Source: Pseudogymnoascus verrucosus
Taxonomy: Eukaryota
Length of the DNA: 64,000 nucleotides
Assembly: GCA_001662655.1 (NCBI GenBank)
Contig: KV460250.1
Strand: one strand, 5' to 3'
Shown: positions 61,033 through 64,000 of the stretch, piece by piece
How the letters are laid out: each line of letters opens with the position of its first letter
Numbering within the stretch: position 1 is the stretch's first letter
Translations under genes and position numbers: made by a program
Notes under the pieces: model-generated
What the model saw: the letters and a program-made list of their open reading frames with translations, nothing else
What the model was told of the DNA's origin: nothing
The model's database searches: none

Positions 61033-62637
61033 ATGGAGGAGTCGAAGGACAACGCCCTTCATGTCGAGATGACAACTACCATTACCAAGGGAGATGGCGC
61101 GACGGAGGAGGAGATCCAGTTGCAAGAAGCTCTGAGCAATTATATTCCAGACACCGACGCGGAGAAGAAGCTTGTACGGAAAATCGACATGCACTTAATG
61201 CCAACTCTCTGGGTTATGTACATTCTCAACTATGTTGATCGAACAAATATTGTAGGTAACATTGTTGCTTTGCTTTTTGGTACACTAAGCTAACATATTT
61301 GGTAGGGGAACGCAAGAATTGCTGGAATGGAGGACGACCTGAATCTTGATGCCCAGAGTCAGTATTTTCACTTCATCAGTTGCCTCTAAAACATACTGAC
61401 GCGTGTAATAGAATACGCATGGGTTCTCTCCATCTTCTTCTTTGGTTACCTCATCATGGAAGTGCCGTCCAACATGATTCTCAGTCGAAGCCGTCCCTCA
61501 ATATTTCTTCCTTCCATCATGCTAGTATGGGGAGCAATGAGTGCCATCATGGCCTGCGCTCCGAACTACGGATCCATGCTCGCCTTCAGATTCATCCTCG
61601 GCTGCATCGAGTCTGGCTTCTTCCCCGGCGTGCTTTTCGTCATGAGCTGCTGGTACAAGGCAGCAGAGATTGGAAAACGATTTGCCATATTCTACAGTGC
61701 TGCTGTCCTATCAGGGGCGTTCGGTGGCCTTCTAGCTGGCGGTATCACCAACGGTCTCCACGACGCGCACGGTATTGCCGGGTGGAGATGGCTTTTCATC
61801 ATTGAAGGCGTCGCAACAGTCGGAGTAGCCATCATCGCAAAGTTCATCCTCCTCGACTTCCCTCACAGCTCCCCAGTACTCACCCTCGAAGAGCGCCAAC
61901 TAGCCACCGTTCGAATCATTGCAGACAGCGCGGTATCAGGCTCCGCATCCGGCTCATCTAGAGACGACCGACTTTCCCACTGGGAAGCCTTCAAGGCAGC
62001 CGCCACCGACCCACGCACATACTCTTTCATGCTCCTCTTCGTCCTCGACGTCGGCGCCGGCACAATCTCATATTTCATCCCCACCATCACCAAGTCATTG
62101 GGCTACGACACCGTCAAAGCGCAGTACATGACTGTCCCCGTGTACGCCGTCGCCACAGTCTGCCTCAACATCTGCGCCTTCTCCGCCGATCGCCACGAGG
62201 AGCGAAGATGGCACATCACAGCCGCTCTCTCCCTAGGATTCATCTGTGCCATGGTCTGCGCCATCGTCGAGACACCCGTAGTCCGCTACGTCATGCTCTG
62301 CTTCGTCGCCTCTGGGATCTGGAGTGCGCTCCCTCTCATCCTCGCATGGGCATCCAAGACCATTGATCTTCCGGCCGAGAAGCGCGCTATTGCGATCGCG
62401 ATGATCAACGCTGTTGGTAATCTGTCGTCTGTGTATGGGAGCCAGATCTGGCCTACTAAGAGCGCTCCGCATTATACTCTGGGCTGGGGTATAACGGCTG
62501 GATTCCTGGGTGCGGGTGCTTGTGTGGCTGCTCTGATGCCAGTGTTTATTAAGTTCGTCCCGAATAAACCGACTAAGGCGGAACTTGCGTTGAAGGAGAG
62601 GGGTGAGAGGATGATGGCTGAGGCTGCCGCTTTGTAA
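61033..62637 (+). CDS. MFS anion:cation symporter family permease (Dal5/Tna1-like), ~498 aa
   Basis: Motifs EKKLVRKID, NYVDRTNI|GNARIAG, EVPSNM, ESGFFPG, AFGGLLA, GWRWLFIIEG and KRAIAIAMINAVGN. Introns 61252-61305 and 61358-61411. Confidence 0.93.
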
Positions 62638-63459
62638 GAGACGATGTACCGTTTGGTATGGCGTGATATAGTGTGATATTGTAAATAATTCAATGCGTTA
62701 TTAGCGTTTAAAAGGAAATACTGCCTAAACTTCAATATTTTTGTGTCCCACGCCCTCCTTGTCTAATTCAAGCCCACCCGTACAAGACTCCCTTCATGGC
62801 TATTCAGACCAGCCAATACATTCAGATAGAGTTGTATCGAAATTGCATATCTAGGGGCATCCGCTCTACTATTAGCGATCAATTCTTGAATATGTAGGGC
62901 CATAGGAAAAAAGGCCCAAGGGTGGTGTTTGTAGGCTCGATGGTGGGGGTGAGTGGGTATGAAGGAGAAGCTGTGGATTGATGCCGTGAATTAGATATCA
63001 TCAATTAGAGGCTGCGATGGTAACCATGTTTAGTTGAATGGGGAGGAATGGCTTCGTTAAGGCTTGGGGCAATGCTTTCGTCCCTTTTTGGGGCTCCTCC
63101 GTGCAGGTCTGTAGTTTGTTAACCGTGATGGAAAGCCAGTTTGAATACCATAACAGCAAGAACTCAACGAAAGATGCAGTCAAGTCAGTAATCACAGCAT
63201 CCCACTCCCAGAGTCCGGAAAACCACAGTGTGGATAGTAGCAAAAAATGGATATAATATTTTTGTGTTTCTTTCTTTCTTTCTGCGCCGTTGACTTTACA
63301 ACTTTGGTTTGTTTGTTTGTTTGGCTGGTTCGTGCTCCCCGCTCTAAATCAAACTTTCGATAATACTCTTACCATCCGCTTTCCGCTTTCCCCCGTCCCC
63401 CAAACCGACAAAAAAGATTTATATTTTCCTTTCCTCAGACACTAACACATATCTCCCCT

Positions 63460-64000
63460 CTACTCCGCGGCATTGCTCCTCGTAGTCCTCTTGTTAACCT
63501 CCGACTTCCCGGCATCCACCGCCGAAGCAGCAGCACTACCAGCCTTCTCCTTTCCCTCCTTCACAGCCGCCTTCCCTTGCTTAGCAGCCGCCTTGACCTT
63601 CGGCGCCGGTGCGGAACCCAGAGTCAGAAGACCAACCAAAACACCGAGAAGCGTAAGGGCGCCAACACCAGCGCCGATAGCGACCTCAGGGACGTACTTG
63701 ATAGCCTCAATAGGGTCGTGCTTAGCGATGGTAATGAAGAGGTCCAACTTCTGCTTGACGAACTTGACGGGGTCGTCGCCAAATTCAATGTCGAGGTCAG
63801 ACTTGGGCTTGTCCTCAGCCTTGGGCTTGGCGGCGAGCTCGGCGGCCTTCTCGGCGGCGTGCTTGACGTCGAAGGTCTCGGCGGCGAGGGCCTCGGCGTC
63901 GGCGATGGAGTGGCCGATGTAGATGTTGTCGAAGAGGATGTCGTTCTGCATGGTCCAGATCTCGAAGCCGATGGCTCCCATGGGCTCGAGGTTGGAGGGC
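63460..64000 (-). CDS. CNE1: Calnexin, C-terminal part (5' end outside window)
   Basis: [27 protein letters not shown] followed by one transmembrane helix and a basic tail ending [10 protein letters not shown]. Confidence 0.93.
   Translation of the reverse strand, partial: PSNLEPMGAIGFEIWTMQNDILFDNIYIGHSIADAEALAAETFDVKHAAEKAAELAAKPKAEDKPKSDLDIEFGDDPVKFVKQKLDLFITIAKHDPIEAIKYVPEVAIGAGVGALTLLGVLVGLLTLGSAPAPKVKAAAKQGKAAVKEGKEKAGSAAASAVDAGKSEVNKRTTRSNAAE

Overview
Gene-dense genomic DNA from a filamentous ascomycete: short GT-AG introns with CTAAC/CTGAC branch points, a Zn2Cys6 factor and a GH54 enzyme. A Leotiomycete such as Pseudogymnoascus is a guess from sequence style only. I could reconstruct 21 protein-coding genes, most with hand-checked intron boundaries that restore the reading frame. 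In order: methylmalonate-semialdehyde dehydrogenase (5' truncated), APC2, a sugar porter, a C2H2-type TF, an F-box protein, Pkr1, SmD1, Mtq2/N6AMT1, Sdh7/Acn9, a Cys/His microprotein, a TauD-like dioxygenase, a second Cys/His microprotein, a lactose/cellodextrin-type permease, a Dhr2-like DEAH helicase, arabinofuranosidase B, a small secreted Cys protein, a San1-like RING-H2 ligase, a three-gene cluster, and calnexin (5' truncated). The best candidate for an undescribed system is that cluster (53.9-62.6 kb). It encodes a 1121-aa fusion of two beta-hydroxyacid dehydrogenase modules with a DUF1537 four-carbon acid-sugar kinase, a divergent Zn2Cys6 regulator and an anion:cation-symporter MFS permease. 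Four CGG-N8-CCG elements link their promoters, two of them 12/14 identical. I infer a fungal regulon for tetronate (threonate/erythronate) or apionate catabolism. Other oddities: a ~230-nt foldback with a perfect 29-bp core, a 66-nt TA-flanked hairpin whose arm recurs in a nearby repeat array, ~80-bp periodic repeats, and a 5'-C-rich/3'-G-rich polarity within genes. No tRNA, rRNA, intact transposon or CRISPR array was found. All assignments come from motif recognition; no database searches were run.
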